DNA of 64,000 bases from Amphiscolops sp. MND2022. Taxonomy: Eukaryota. Every line of letters begins with the position of its first letter. The stretch's first letter is position 1. Location: contig OZ076409.1 of the NCBI GenBank assembly GCA_964187785.1, positions 6,698,001-6,762,000 of the forward strand. The letters run 5' to 3'. Shown here one piece after another: positions 1-12,969 of the stretch. The translations under genes and the position numbers were made by a program. Below the pieces are notes generated by a model. It saw only the letters and a program-made list of their open reading frames with translations. It was not told the DNA's origin and made no database searches.

Positions 1-1575
1 AGATACACTATAGTGATCCGAAAAAGATAGATGCTTCTCGATACAGAGAAACTCATAGTCATTGAAGTTGCTGAAAATCAGGTCAAAGACATTGCCATCC
101 TTATGAGTTGGTTCAGTGAATAATTGGGTAAAACTGTTGGTGGTTGAAAAATCCATAGTGCTTGTGAGAGTTTCAGCATCAATGGCTGGAAAGTTCGCCC
201 AATCTTCATCAGGCAGATTGAAATCACCCATAAACAAAACTCTGTCAATATGTTGTCTGCAAAAGAGTTCCGAGAACGAAGATAAGCAGTTAAATACAAG
301 TTCTTCAGGTATACGATATTCACTTGTAATTGGAGGTGATAGAGTAGAACAAGACCATACTTTTCTAGTGATATGCCGCAACAAAAATGAACACTCGTAT
401 CCTTCTACTTTGATCGCTTGGAATCCATTCTTACCCAAGACAGCTACACAGCCATGCTGATTGGCTATTCGTTCAACGCTTGCTATGACCGAACAAGCTG
501 CAGTGAGGTAGGTATTGTCAGAGAGAGTTTCAACCAACCAAGTTTCAGTTAGGCAGGGAATATCCAGAAGTCTAGATTGAAGGATGCACGATAGGTGTAG
601 CGTTTCCAAAGTCAATTTTCAAAATTACATTTTTTTGGGCCGGGGGTTTTCTATCAAACAACGGAAAACGTGTGAAACCAATTCAGCGCCCTTTTGGTAC
701 CTACACCTACATGTCGACTTCCGTATCTTGTCGTACGCTTGACGTGATTCAATGACGTGATATCCGGAACATTTTGCGAACAACCGGCGGAAAGTATTGC
801 CTACAGCGATAGGACGAATTACTCCATCGGGTTTTTCTGGAGCAATTAGTTTCGCACCGAACGTAATACGGCCGAAGTTCGAAAGTTACTATTCTTTTGA
901 GAATCACATTCACAAAATTTGTTAGGGCTCTGAGAAAATGTATTCAAGTTTGCCCGTTCGACTTGGCAATCAAATCTTTCAAAACTTGGGGCGAAATGCC
1001 ATCCAACCCTGCACTATAAGCACCACAAGGCAATGTTTGACATGGATTTCACAAATATGATTAATTCTGGGTATCAAGTTTCCAGCTAAGGTCGGTAGTT
1101 TGTGGGAACTTTTTTCAAGTGAGCAACGCCTGAATGAAAAATCGTGACACTGAGGGATAGTTTTAGCTAAAAAAACCTACAACATATAAAGTCGGAAAGG
1201 CTCCGGGCCTGCGTTTTTGTCAAATTGGCGCAATTCATATGAACCCATCCGTTGCGGAGCCTACAATTTACCCAGTTTATGAACCCCGAGGGCTTCGAAC
1301 ACTTCAGAGCGTTATAGGTTGTGATGTTTTTCATCACAACTTAACCTCGAAACATAACCAATTGCAGGAATACCGCATTAAGGTGTGTTCCAATCTCCGC
1401 AAAAGAACAATCACCAAGAATAGTTTCTTCACAATGTTGGAAGTATGTAGGACCCAATTCAAATTATTCATCGTTCTACATGGGGAATTGCTTCAGGAGT
1501 CCTTGTGTTACTTTCACGATTCAAGAAACTATTTAGAATTGTTTCCAGGGACATTAGCCAGTCATCAATGAAGTT

Positions 1576-2331
1576 CTATGAGAATTGTAGCAGATCGAAA
1601 GAGAAAAGCGACTTGGAAAGTTCCAAGTCTAGTGCTTGAATGTCGGAAGCTATGAGACTGAAAGGTCTGCAGTCAGTATTGACAGACAAAGCCAACTTAG
1701 TTCTGGGAAGGCTAGGAGATACACTATAGTGATCCGAAAAAGATAGATGCTTCTCGATACAGAGAAACTCATAGTCATTGAAGTTGCTGAAAATCAGGTC
1801 AAAGACATTGCCATCCTTATGAGTTGGTTCAGTGAATAATTGGGTAAAACTGTTGGTGGTTGAAAACTCCATAGTGCTTGTGAGAGTTTCAGCATCAATG
1901 GCTGGAAAGTTCGCCCAATCTTCATCAGGCAGATTGAAATCACCCATAAACAAAACTCTGTCAATATGTTGTCTGCAAAAGAGTTCCGAGAACGAAGATA
2001 AGCAGTTAAATACAAGTTCTTCAGGTATACGATATTCACTTGTAATTGGAGGTGATAGAGTAGAACAAGACCATACTTTTCTAGTGATATGCCGCAACAA
2101 AAATGAACACTCGTATCCTTCTACTTTGATCGCTTGGAATCCATTCTTACCCAAGACAGCTACACAGCCATGCTGATTGGCTATTCGTTCAACGCTTGCT
2201 ATGACCGAACAAGCTGCAGTGAGGTAGGTATTGTCAGAGAGAGTTTCAACCAACCAAGTTTCAGTTAGGCAGGGAATATCCAGAAGTCTAGATTGAAGGA
2301 TGCACGATAGGTGTAGCGTTTCCAAAGTCAA
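1576..2331 (-). pseudogene. LINE apurinic-like endonuclease (EEP) domain fragment; partial duplicate at 1-615
   Basis: Motifs CLTETWL, MGDFNLP, PTHKDGNVFDLIFS and SDH are typical of the non-LTR retrotransposon APE domain. Confidence 0.85.
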
Positions 2332-2735
2332 TTTTCAAAATTACATTTTTTTTGGGCCGGGGGTTTTCTATCAAACAACGGAAAACGTGTGAAACCAATT
2401 CAGCGCCCTTTTGGTACCTACACCTACATGTCGACTTCCGTATCTTGTCGTACGCTTGACGTGATTCAATGACGTGATATCCGGAACATTTTGCGAACAA
2501 CCGGCGGAAAGTATTGCCTACAGCGATAGGACGAATTACTCCATCGGGTTTTTCTGGAGCAATTAGTTTCGCACCGAACGTAATACGGCCGAAGTTCGAA
2601 AGTTACTATTCTTTCGAGAATCACATTCACAAAATTTGTTAGGGCTCTGAGAAAATGTATTCAAGTTTGCCCGTTCGACTTGGCAATCAAATCTTTCAAA
2701 ACTTGGGGCGAAATGCCATCCAACCCTGCACTATA
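2322..2735 (-). pseudogene. CRE-clade-like reverse transcriptase fragment; duplicate at ~606-1018
   Basis: Minus-strand translation gives SAGLDGISPQVLKDL, FGAKLIAPEKPDGVIRPIAVGNTFRRLFAKC and GAELVSH...ILKIDF; the frame is disrupted. Confidence 0.65.
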
Positions 2736-3379
2736 AGCACCACAAGGCAATGTTTGACATGGATTTCACAAATATGAATAATTCTGGGTATCAAGTTTCC
2801 AGCTAAGGTCGGTAGTTTGTGGGAACTTTTTTCAAGTGAGCAACGCCTGAATGAAAAATCGTGACACTGAGGGATAGTTTTAGCTAAAAAAACCTACAAC
2901 ATATAAAGTCGGAAAGGCTCCGGGCCTGCGTTTTTGTCAAATTGGCGCAATTCATATGAACCCATCCGTTGCGGAGCCTACAATTTACCCAGTTTATGAA
3001 CTCCGAGGGCTTCGAACACTTCAGAGCGTTATAGGTTGTGATGTTTTTCATCACAACTTAACCTCGAAACATAACCAATTGCAGGAATACCGCATTAAGG
3101 TGTGTTCCAATCTCCGCAAAAGAACAATCACCAAGAATAGTTTCTTCACAATGTTGGAAGTATGTAGGACCCAATTCAAATTATTCATCGTTCTACATGG
3201 GGAATTGCTTCAGGAGTCAGGAGCACCGCTTCTGCGAAAGATTTGTTACTTTTGTCAGTCTGAGTTGCAGGTGAAATGGAATCACACTGTTTTCTGAAAC
3301 ATCCCAGATTTCCTTTTCTAGTCACTTTCATGTCTTCATCGAGGGTCGTAAAACAACAGTCAGTTCGAATTGAGAATTT

Positions 3380-4480
3380 GCGACGATATATCAGCACACT
3401 ATTGGTGAAACTGCGTCATTTCGGTCTTGTTGGTTCCCTTCTCAAAGTGATTGCGTCGTACTTACAAACCAGAGTACAACAAGTCAGAGTTGGGAATTAT
3501 CTTTCTGATGAGTTATCTATCACCAGCGGTGTCCCCCAGGGCTCAGTGTTCGGCCCCCTCTTTCTTTTTTATCTTCATTAATGACCTTCCTGATTTTTTT
3601 AACTGTACCCCATTTCTACTTGCCGATGACTTAAAGCTCGCTAGTTCCTCCATGTTTACTCTCGAGAACGATTTACTGTCGCGACTGACATGGAGTAAAA
3701 ACAACAAACTTGAATTCAATTTGAAAAAAAAGAGCCTTCTGAACTTCAGCAAAACGAGTGTCAAAGTTGATCACCCTGTTAAATTCATCGAAAACGACAT
3801 ATATCTTTAAAATGAGAGTATTCGTGACCTTGGTGTAATCGTTTCTCCAAACCTGACTTGTACCAGTCATGTAATTTCAAAAACTGCAAAGTGTGACCAT
3901 AGGCTTGCACTCCTACTTCGAAATTTGCCAAATTATCTTAACCCAGAAATAAAATTCAAATTATACCGAGTGGACATCTTACCCGCTCTCACTTATGCTT
4001 CAGGTGTCTGGTACCCGATCAGAGGGGATTTAAAAAAGCTGCAGAAACTTCAGAGAATCTGCTTCAAGTGGATTGACCACAAACAGTCCTATCATACCCT
4101 ATTACGGAAATACCAACTCTTACTAATCTCCCTCATGCTCCAACGCACGACCTACTTCTATTCAACAAGTTGACTTTCGGTCTGAAAGACTTTCCAATCT
4201 GGAAAAGAGTGTCTCTGATCCAGCGAAACGAATACTACGAACTGTAAAGCAACTCTCTAAACACTTTTATAAAAGACCCCATCCGCCTAAAGTGTACAAG
4301 TGCTTTCTTTTTCTACCGCCTGATTAATCTTGCCAATTTTTTGTACCTGAAGTATAATCCTAAAATTCCATATCATCCAGAAGCTACTAAAGTGGAACTG
4401 GAAATTTTTTTGGAAGTTCAAACCTAACTAGCTATGAAGACAATGGCTGCAAAATGTGCTTGAAATGTACCTGCTGTTGA
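3380..4480 (+). pseudogene. CR1/L2-like LINE reverse transcriptase, frameshifted
   Basis: LLVKLRHFG...SGVPQGSVFGPL, FINDLPD and LADDLKL motifs are spread across broken frames. Confidence 0.85.
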
Positions 4481-5230
4481 AAATGCTCCAACCAATCTGT
4501 AACGTTTAACAATCGTCATGTTTTATTTGTGTTGACTTGTCTCAATTCAGTTTTCTAGTAATAGTCAAAAGTAAGCATTTCGAAACGAATAGTAAAAATA
4601 CTGGAGGGCCGCGAAAATGAAATGGCACTTTGCGAAAAAATTGCCTATGCGAGACTAAAAAAGATTGAAGGTCAACAAGAACCAGAGAAGCAGTGTGATA
4701 ATGATGATGACTTTGCCTCAGTGATTCTCAAGAAGAAAGCAAGTATCATAACTTAGAGTTTTTGTTGCCGACATCTAATTTGCTCGAAAGATTTTTCAGC
4801 ACAGCTGCTTTGGCATTGTCCATCTGCGACACAGACTGACACCAGAACATCTAGAGCAGCAGCTTTTCCTCAAAGCCATTAATAAACTGTGGACTATCAA
4901 AACGGTGGCTAAAATGGTTAACAAGTGAATGCGTTTGTGACGTGATTTGTTGTTTGAAGTGAACTGATTGCTGTTCCTGTTTTTTTTTTCAAATTTTGCA
5001 ATAACTGCAGATATTTCTTGGTGAGAACCATTTTTTTTGCAAATTTTATTCGTGATGTAAAAACAAGATGTATGAATAAAACTCAATTCTAGTCAGATGC
5101 CTAGGCTTTAGGCTTATTACTAAAGCCCCTGGGCCACCATAATCTAAAAACAAAGCAAAACTAAAAAAAACCGACATAACACAAATGGACTAAATTTAAA
5201 TACCTAACATCCTCCTCCATAACACAGTTA

Positions 5231-8200
5231 TCATTCGTAATCCTTCAGCCACTTTGGTCTTTTGGTAACACGGCCGCTTCGGGTAGTCGCTGAGTTTGAT
5301 TTCAGTGAACTAGTTGACGGAGACAAAATTCTAGTATTTGTTTTGACGGAAGCGGACTCACTATTTGTTTCCGTGGATTGATCAATGGTTGTGGCTGATA
5401 GACTTTCGTCTTGAATTTCGCGTACGTCTGTGGAGTCATGAAGGACAGACTTTGTTGGATCCTCTTCCTTCTTTCCCTTATCGTGACTATCGTGGCTTTC
5501 CTGTAAATCGTCATCTAGGTGTAACTCATCAAGTGACTCAGCGAAGTTTTCTTGGGTTGGAAGAAGGTCTCTCCTGTTTCGCCTGATCACTTTGCCGTCT
5601 TCAGATTTGAAAATATATGACCTGGGGGTAATTTCTTTTGATTTGATGACTCCCTTTCTGGCCCAGTTGTTTTCGGAGACTCTACAGTGAACTGTGTCTC
5701 CTTTTTTTAATTCTGGTAGATCACGGGCTGCCTTGTTATTAAATTCTGATGTCACATTCCGGCCAGGGGCTTGTTCTTTTTGATCACAGATCCACTCGTC
5801 TCGACTTAAAACTGGTAATCGATTCCGGATATTTTCGCCTGTCAATAAACTGACGATTACCTTCCAAATTTGTCAGAGCACAGTGGCGATGTTCTGTACG
5901 CAAGTAGCGCAAGATGTGGGTCTGTGCTGTCAAAGTTTGCTTTCTTCAGCAACTGTTTAACGGTTTGAACTGATCGTTCGCATATCCCTTGAGGATGATG
6001 TGGACTCGAAGTTTTCAAGGTGAACTCCCAGTTATCAGCAATATCGTGTAACTCGGCACATTTAAACGGAATGTTGTTGGCGCGAAATTCCCGAGGTATA
6101 CCCAAAAAAGACTTACATTGGGCGATGACGCTTCTTGCTGTTTTGTCTGTTAATCGTCTGTTTTTTGGAAAGGATCAGAAAAAGTCAACTACAAGTAGAT
6201 ACTCATTGCATTTTAAATGAAAAGTATCCGCCGCTATTTGTTCGCAGCTGCCTCTAACTGAATCAACTTGTGGATTGAGGGTTTCTTTCTGTTGACAATT
6301 CCGGTAAACTTGACAAATTTCGCATTGCTTCACAATACTTTCAATCTGTGTATTGAGTGTTGGCCAATATACTTGTAGTCTTGCGCGAGCTTCAGATTTG
6401 TCCATGTCTAAATGGCCTTTGTGTATACGTGACAAAACCTCGGCTCCCATTGACCGTGGAATAACGATTCTTTCACCGTAGAGTATAATACCTTCATGGT
6501 AAGATAACTAACTTCGTATTCGTGTAGTATAGTATGGTCGCAAATCGGTGTTAATTTGTTCTGGCCATCCATGAACCATATTATTGAGTATGGGAATAAT
6601 ATTATTGAGTGGGAATAACAGCATTAATCACGTTCTGTGTCCTCAATTCCGCTTCTTCATCCTCCGTCAATTTCAATTGCTCATCCATGAGTAGACTTCG
6701 TGAAACCGTGTCTGGTACGGGAATACTGTTGCCACGGGCATAACAAACGACGCAGTCGTACCGTTGCAGTCGCAAAAGATGTTGCTGAATTCTAGGTGGA
6801 CATTCGTGTAAATGTTTCTTGAAGATTGACTTTAGCGGTTGATGATCTGAATGTACTTCGAAAGTAAGTCCATAAAGGTTCTCTTGAAAACGTTCACAGG
6901 CGAATGCGATGGCTAGTGTTTCTTTTTCAATCTGGGCATATCGTTTTTCTGTTTCTGTTAGAGCTGTAGCTGCGTAGGCTATTGGCTTCCACTCCAGTCG
7001 CTGCTCTAGCTTTGCTCCGAGTGCTCCAGGTCGCATCGACGCATCTGGTGTTACCCTCGTAGGTGCTTTGGGATCATAAAAGCTGAGAACTGGTGATTGA
7101 GTTACTAATCTTTTTAATTTGTCCAATTAGGCTTGGTGGTGTGGTAGCGAGTCCCAATCGGCATCGGATCGGAGCAGCTTGCGAAGATTTTCATTTTCTG
7201 CTGAAAGATTCTTTATGAATTTGCTCAGGTAAATTACCTTGCCTAAAAAGCGTCTCAGCTCAGTTGTATAGCTAGGCGGTTCAATTCGTAAGACATCTTT
7301 GACTTTTGATGGATCTGCACTGATGCCAGCAGCTGAGATAGTGTGTCCCAGGAACGTGATTTGAGGTACTTTGATTGAGCATTTTTCTTTGTTTATTTTC
7401 AGACCAGACGAGCAAATTCTGACCATAACCTTTTCTTCAAACCTTTCTTTGTGTTGAAACGCAGAAGTAACAAAAACTACAATATCGTCCTGCATATTTT
7501 GAATGCCTTCAAGTCCCTCTAGAACTTCTGCTATTGCTTTTAGTAATACCTCGAAAGCACTTTCGAGGCCAAACGGTAATCGTAAGAATTTGTAACGTCG
7601 GAATGGGGTGTTGAAAGTGAGAAGGTCGGAACTTTCAGAGTCCACTGCTATTTGCCAATACCCATTTGAAGCGTCTATTTTGGAAAATACAGTGGCTCCT
7701 GACATTTTTGCAGAGATGGTTTCTGCTGTTGGCAACTCATAGTGATGGCGCTTGATAGCTTTGTTGAAGTCTTTAGGATCCAGACATAATCGCAGTTTTC
7801 CATTCGGCTTTTCTACTTTTCTCAGACTGTTAACCCAGTCCGTTGGATGATCAACTTTATGAATGACTGTTAGCAGTTCGAGCCGTGATAGTTCCTCCCG
7901 AAGCCTATTCAGCATTGGGAATGGAACCTTTCTAGGTTGGTAAATAACCGTTATGACTGATGTGTCCACGTGATTTTTGGGCTGTTTTCCATTCATTATT
8001 CCTAAGTCTTCGAACACATCATGATATTGCTGCAGGATATTGTGCACGACAAGTGCGGTTGTTCGCTTGATTAGTCCGAGTTGAATCCATGCATTAAGTG
8101 CGAGCAAGGGCTGCGCCGTTGGCTGGTCTGCAATGTGAAACAGTATATGGATTTGCTGTCCGTCTTGGCGTTGAATCATTGTTTCGATTTGTTCTACAAT

Positions 8201-8651
8201 TTCATTTTCTTCAGTGTACGTCTTCTTTGTACGTCTTCAGTTTGACATTTGTTGGACTGATGGTAGGAGATGGACTAGTGTTTTTGAGCAGACTGTTGGG
8301 AATGATTTTGGCTTGCGCTCCGGTGTCCAGTTTGAATTTTACTGATAAATTAAACACTTTTAATGTTTCGTACCAAGCGTCAAGTTTGTTGGCGCTAATT
8401 GTTCCCACGAATAGATCGAATCCTCCGACGTTGACTGGTTCCTCTTCGACAACTTCGTTTACTTCAGATTTTTGTTTTCCGCGGCAGACAGTAGCAAAGA
8501 GATTGCGCTTGTTGCATTGAGTACATGTCTTGCCATATGCTGAACAGTTACCTCGCTGATGTCGACCGCCACAAAATTGACGGGGATTGCCATATGATTG
8601 GTTAGCTTGCCTTGTTGGAGGTTTTGATTGTGTTTTTACAACTGTGTCCAA
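5231..8651 (-). pseudogene. Gypsy pol (protease, RT, RNase H, integrase), broken by stops and frameshifts
   Basis: FKLDTGAQ; KLRLCLDPKDFNKAI, KIDASNGYWQI and MQDDI; YAQIEKETLAI and SDHQPL; HKGH...CEIC zinc finger; SSPHHPQGICERSVQTVK. Confidence 0.9.
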
Positions 8652-9035
8652 CGTAGTAGCTTCCTTGGGTTTGCCTTTCAGCTCACATAGGTTTCATCGA
8701 GTTGCTTCTGCGGCGTGTACCATTGTCAGCGCTTTTTCTAGATCAAGTGTCTCTGTTCTGAGATATCTTTCCGTCAGTGACGGGTCATTTACGCCAATCA
8801 CTAACGTGTCTCTGATTAGTGATTGTTTTGAATCAGCAAATGCACAATCGTTAGCTAGTTTCTTTAATTTTGTTTGGAAGCTATCGAATGTTTCGCTCTC
8901 CGCTTGTCGGCATGTGAAGAATCTGTAGCGGCAAAGGGTAATGTTTTGCTTTGGTGCACAATAAGCTTCTAATTTAACCATTACAACTTTGAATTTCATT
9001 TCACCGCCAGCAGTATTCCATATAAAAGTGTTGTA

Positions 9036-10190
9036 CCGCTCGAGGGACCTAACGTTAAAATTAAAGTTGTTGGAAATTTTATATTTCCCTCTATGATATA
9101 TTTTCTATCTCATTTTTATTGTAAGAAGGCGGATGTTGACACTCTCCTTAAGATGGCGAATAGCCTCCATAGAAACTTTGAATTCACAATGGTATTGGAA
9201 ACTGAAGGAGCGTTCTTTATTGGACATGAGATCGTCCGACACCAAGATAGCCTCAAAACGAAGTAGTTCACCAAGCCGACTGACACCGGTTTATTGCTAA
9301 ACTTTCACAGCTTGGCTCCAACCCAATATAAGAGGAACGTTGTAGAGGGAACCATTCACCGAAAAAACCATACAACGACAGACTGGATTGCCTTCCATGA
9401 TGGCGTAGCCAAGGCACAACTGACGTTTGAGCAAAATGGATATCCTCCTCAATTTTATGGAAATATTGTTCAGGACACTATCAACAAGATTCCGAATGTC
9501 GCAAGTCCAATCAACCGACAGGACACAGGTGAGGGGAAAGCTGTGGAAAAGAGCAAGAAACAGCGCCCCCTTTTGATGTTACAGTATAGGGGCCACGAAA
9601 GCGATAGATTCGCACGCAGACTGCGAACCCATGGATTGTTGACTATTTTCACCACCAGGAAACTCAAAAGCTCCCTACCAAGCCTAAAGGATCCAATACC
9701 TGAAGAACTCTCCAGTAAAGTGATCTATCAAATTGACTGTCCGGGATGCCACTCCCGCTATGTCGGCCAAACGGCCAGACATGTGATCACTAGACTGGGA
9801 GAACACAGGAGGAAGTCGTCGCCACTGGGAAGGCATTTTGGTGAATGCGCAGTTAAAACAGTCGAAGTGACGGCGACAGTACTGGACCGATACACGAACG
9901 TCAACAAATTACTGACGATGGAAGCTCTGTACATCGCGAGGACTAGGCCGATATTGAACCGACGAGAGGAATACCGCTCGAGGGACCTAAGGTTAAAATT
10001 ATAGTTGTTGGAAATTTTATATTTCCCTCTATGATATTTTCTATCTCATTTTTATTGTACATGATTTACTTCCTTGCGTGATGTTTTTAGCTTTTTACCT
10101 TGGGTAATTTATAATGATTGTGTATTTTTAGTTACTGATGATGATTCCTTGTAATTGAATACGTTTTAACTGAGAAACCTGTTTGTATTT
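9036..10190 (+). mobile_element. Penelope-like element (RT C-terminus plus GIY-YIG endonuclease), 5'-truncated
   Basis: ORF 9294-10004 has VIYQIDCPGCHSRYVGQTAR..RLGEH and EALYI...P.LN. A partial pseudo-LTR direct repeat lies at 9034-9123 and 9972-10059. The 10-bp TSD aagtgttgta (9026-9035, 10191-10200) interrupts the Gypsy gag. Confidence 0.9.
10130..10171 (+). ncRNA. Degenerate minimal type I hammerhead ribozyme in the Penelope 3' repeat
   Basis: Stem I agtta/taact, CTGATGA core, short stem II GATT/AATT, then GAA(T)ACGTTT with an extra T in the GAAA core. Confidence 0.5.
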
Positions 10191-10464
10191 AAGTGTTGTA
10201 AACTTCGCCGCCCCTTTAGCCAATTGTGTGTAACAAAATCGAGGTTTGCACTTTGTCGCTTTTCTGATCTGCTTCTGTAGCGGTCATTAATATTTCTAGT
10301 TCTCGAATATTTTCCAAATTCGCACAAATTTGCGTAAAAGTTCAGTATCGAATGTGGTTCAAATTTCTCCATTGTCTCCGTCACCATGTGAAAACAAGAT
10401 GTATGAATAAAACTCAATTCTAGTCAGATGCCTAGGCTTATTCCCCTGGGCCACCATAATCTAA

Positions 10465-12765
10465 TGGTGGTCCGGGACGGTAATGCAACAAATCTCTATC
10501 TAAATTACTTAAAACATTGCCTGGAACTTGTAGACTTAGGACAGGACATCAATGCATCTACTGAATCGTTTGCCAATGCAATATCGGAAGCAGTTGATGC
10601 TTTCACATTTGAAAAACAATCAGAACACCAAGATGCCGCAAGACCTTGGTTCACAAAGGAAGTAAAAAAGGCCTTAATTCGAAGAAATTGTAGTTTCCAC
10701 AGATACAAGCGCTGTAAAACCTATAAGAACAAGCTACGCTACACAAGAGCTAGAAATAATGTGCACCAGCAGCTTCGTAAAAGCAAGCGCGAATACTACG
10801 ATTCACGTCTGAATGGGCTTATCAATAATCCTAAATGTTTCTACAAAGGACTAAACAAAATCACTGGTAAAGCAACAAAAAATTCCAACTTTGTTATCAA
10901 GAATGATCAAAATGAATTGATTACGGATGATATTGATGTGGCCGAATCGTTCAATGAAAAATTTGTTTCCATCAGTAAAACCTTAGCTCCTTCAATTGAT
11001 AATGTCCCATTCACGACTCATGGTATAAAAACTAATGAAAAATCACTATTTTTTATCCAGCTGATGGCACTGAGATTTCGAGGATTATAAAAAATCTTAA
11101 GAACCATAAATCACCTGGTCTAGATGGACTGACTGCAGAAATACTAAAAGTGAGTCACGATGTAATAGTTGAAAAAATAACTCATCTCGTGAATGAATCG
11201 CTAAAAAGTGGAACATTTCCTCAGGTTTTGAAAGCTGCGAGAGTGGTACCGATATACAAAGCCGGCAAAAAATCTATACGTGAAAATTACAGACCCATAT
11301 CTGTTTTATCAGAATTGAGCAAAATATTTGAACGTGTTGTGAATGAACGATTATATGATTTCATGGATAAAAATAAGCTATTATACCCAAGACAATTTGG
11401 ATTCAGGTCAAAATTGAGCCCCATCCACGCTCTTTCCGATATAACAGAAATGATTAGGGATAATTCTAACCTCGATATTTCTTGTATTTTGCTTGATTTA
11501 CAAAAAGCCTTCGACACAATAAACCATGAATTTCTCTTGTATAAACTCGAAGCATACGGTGTCAGAGGGGTTTGCTTGGATTGGTTCACATCATATCTAA
11601 GTAAACGAAGTCAATGTGTTTCAATTAACGGTAAGTCTCAAAACCATTACTTATTGACTGCGGCGTTCCTCAAGGACCTATTCTTGGCCCACTGTTCTAT
11701 ATAATTTATGTAAATGATTTGCCGAACTCGTGTAAAGACATTATTCCGTTTCTCTTTGCGGAAGATGCTAATTGCGTTTACGCGAGACCCAAAAATGAGA
11801 CATCCTAATTACAAGATGAAGTTGAACACATTCCTGGTTGGATGGCTATGAATAAACTTAGTCAAAATATTCCTAAAACTGAATTGGTCCATTTTTTAAA
11901 CTGCAAAGATGAAAGCATAGTATTGAAAAATACTGAAATAACATGTACTGAATACGTTAAATATCTGGGTATCTTACTTGATACAAATTTAACTTATGGT
12001 TTCCACGTCAAACGAGTACTGAATAAATTAGCCAAAAATGTATCCATTATTAACCGTCTAAGGCATTTCACCAGAATTCGGTAGTGATACGATATTATAA
12101 AACATACATGAAACCAATTATCCAATACGGACTCTTGATATATGGGTGCACGAGGAAGAGTGTACCGAATGATATATTTCTTGTTCAGAAAAAATCCTCC
12201 GTATTACATATTTTGAAAACAGACGATATCCATCGGATGAATTTTTCAAAAAGCGAAATTATGAATGTTTTTGATCTATACGTTTTTGAACTATTAAAAT
12301 TTGCCGTGCGTTCTAGTAGAGAAAGTCAACTGCATAATATCAAGAGCGTATTTATCCACAAAAATTCACTTGTTTTTACTCGGAGTGTTTCTTCCAATAT
12401 GTTTTATGTACCTGAAGCACGAACGCAAGTTAGCCGACAATCACTAAAATATCGTGGAACCGTCTTACTGAATCATCTACTAGAAACGAAGCTATTACCT
12501 CGCAATTATTAATCTATCGGTGAAAATGAGACTAAAAGATTGATATTAAAAATTAAAAACAAAAGTAGCGAACGTCTGGCAGACATAGTTTTTTGTTGAT
12601 GCCCTTGTGTTTGGAGGGTCCTCCCCCGTTTAAGAATAATAACCTTTGGAGGGTCCCCTCTGGTGCTATATTTTATTTAAACTGACTGCATTGTACTTAA
12701 CTTCTGTACTGGTACTATTGTTCAATTTTTTAAACATAGCATCAGAGAAAATTTAATTCTTTCTT
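10465..12765 (+). mobile_element. 5'-truncated L2/Daphne/CR1-group LINE inserted in the Gypsy 5' LTR
   Basis: PWFTKEVKK, ENYRPISVL, QFGFR, LDLQKAFDTINH and VKYLGILLD motifs; (TTTC)n tail; tctaa duplicated at 10460-10464 and 12766-12770. Confidence 0.9.
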
Positions 12766-12969
12766 TCTAAAAACAAAGCAAATCTATAGAAACCGACATA
12801 ACAAATGGACTAAATATAAATATCTAACAGGTGATGTTCAAATCCTTGCAATTAATTGCAATTAAAAATTGCACATCCCTGACCACCATCAAGGTCATTA
12901 TACTGCAATTGCATGCACTCATTTTCTGTTGTCGCATCAGTGTGTGCTAATTTCAGGTCTGTTGTAAAA

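Larger units (their letters stand above)
1..3218. repeat. ~1.717-kb tandem duplication of chimeric non-LTR retrotransposon debris
   Basis: 1-1501 is repeated nearly identically at 1717-3218 (paired ORFs 116/1832 and 1239/2956). The first copy is cut by the window edge. Confidence 0.9.
5056..12829 (-). mobile_element. Ty3/Gypsy LTR retrotransposon (decayed) with two nested insertions
   Basis: 3' LTR at 5056-5209 (TG...CA) with an adjacent PPT (tcctcctcc, 5210-5218). The 5' LTR is split into 10387-10464 and 12766-12829. PBS TGGTGA (minus strand) at 10381-10386. Near-matching 5-bp TSD cgtga/ggtga. Domain order is gag, protease (LDTGA), RT, RNase H, integrase. Confidence 0.92.
4600..12881 (+). 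mobile_element. hAT-like DNA transposon 3' remnant interrupted by the Gypsy element
   Basis: 4741-4928 translates, with one frameshift, to LLPTSNLLERFFS...LRHRLTPEHLEQQLFLK..LW, resembling the hAT C-terminal dimerisation domain. A probable terminus, TTGCACATCCCTG, ends at 12881. The left boundary is approximate. Confidence 0.55.
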
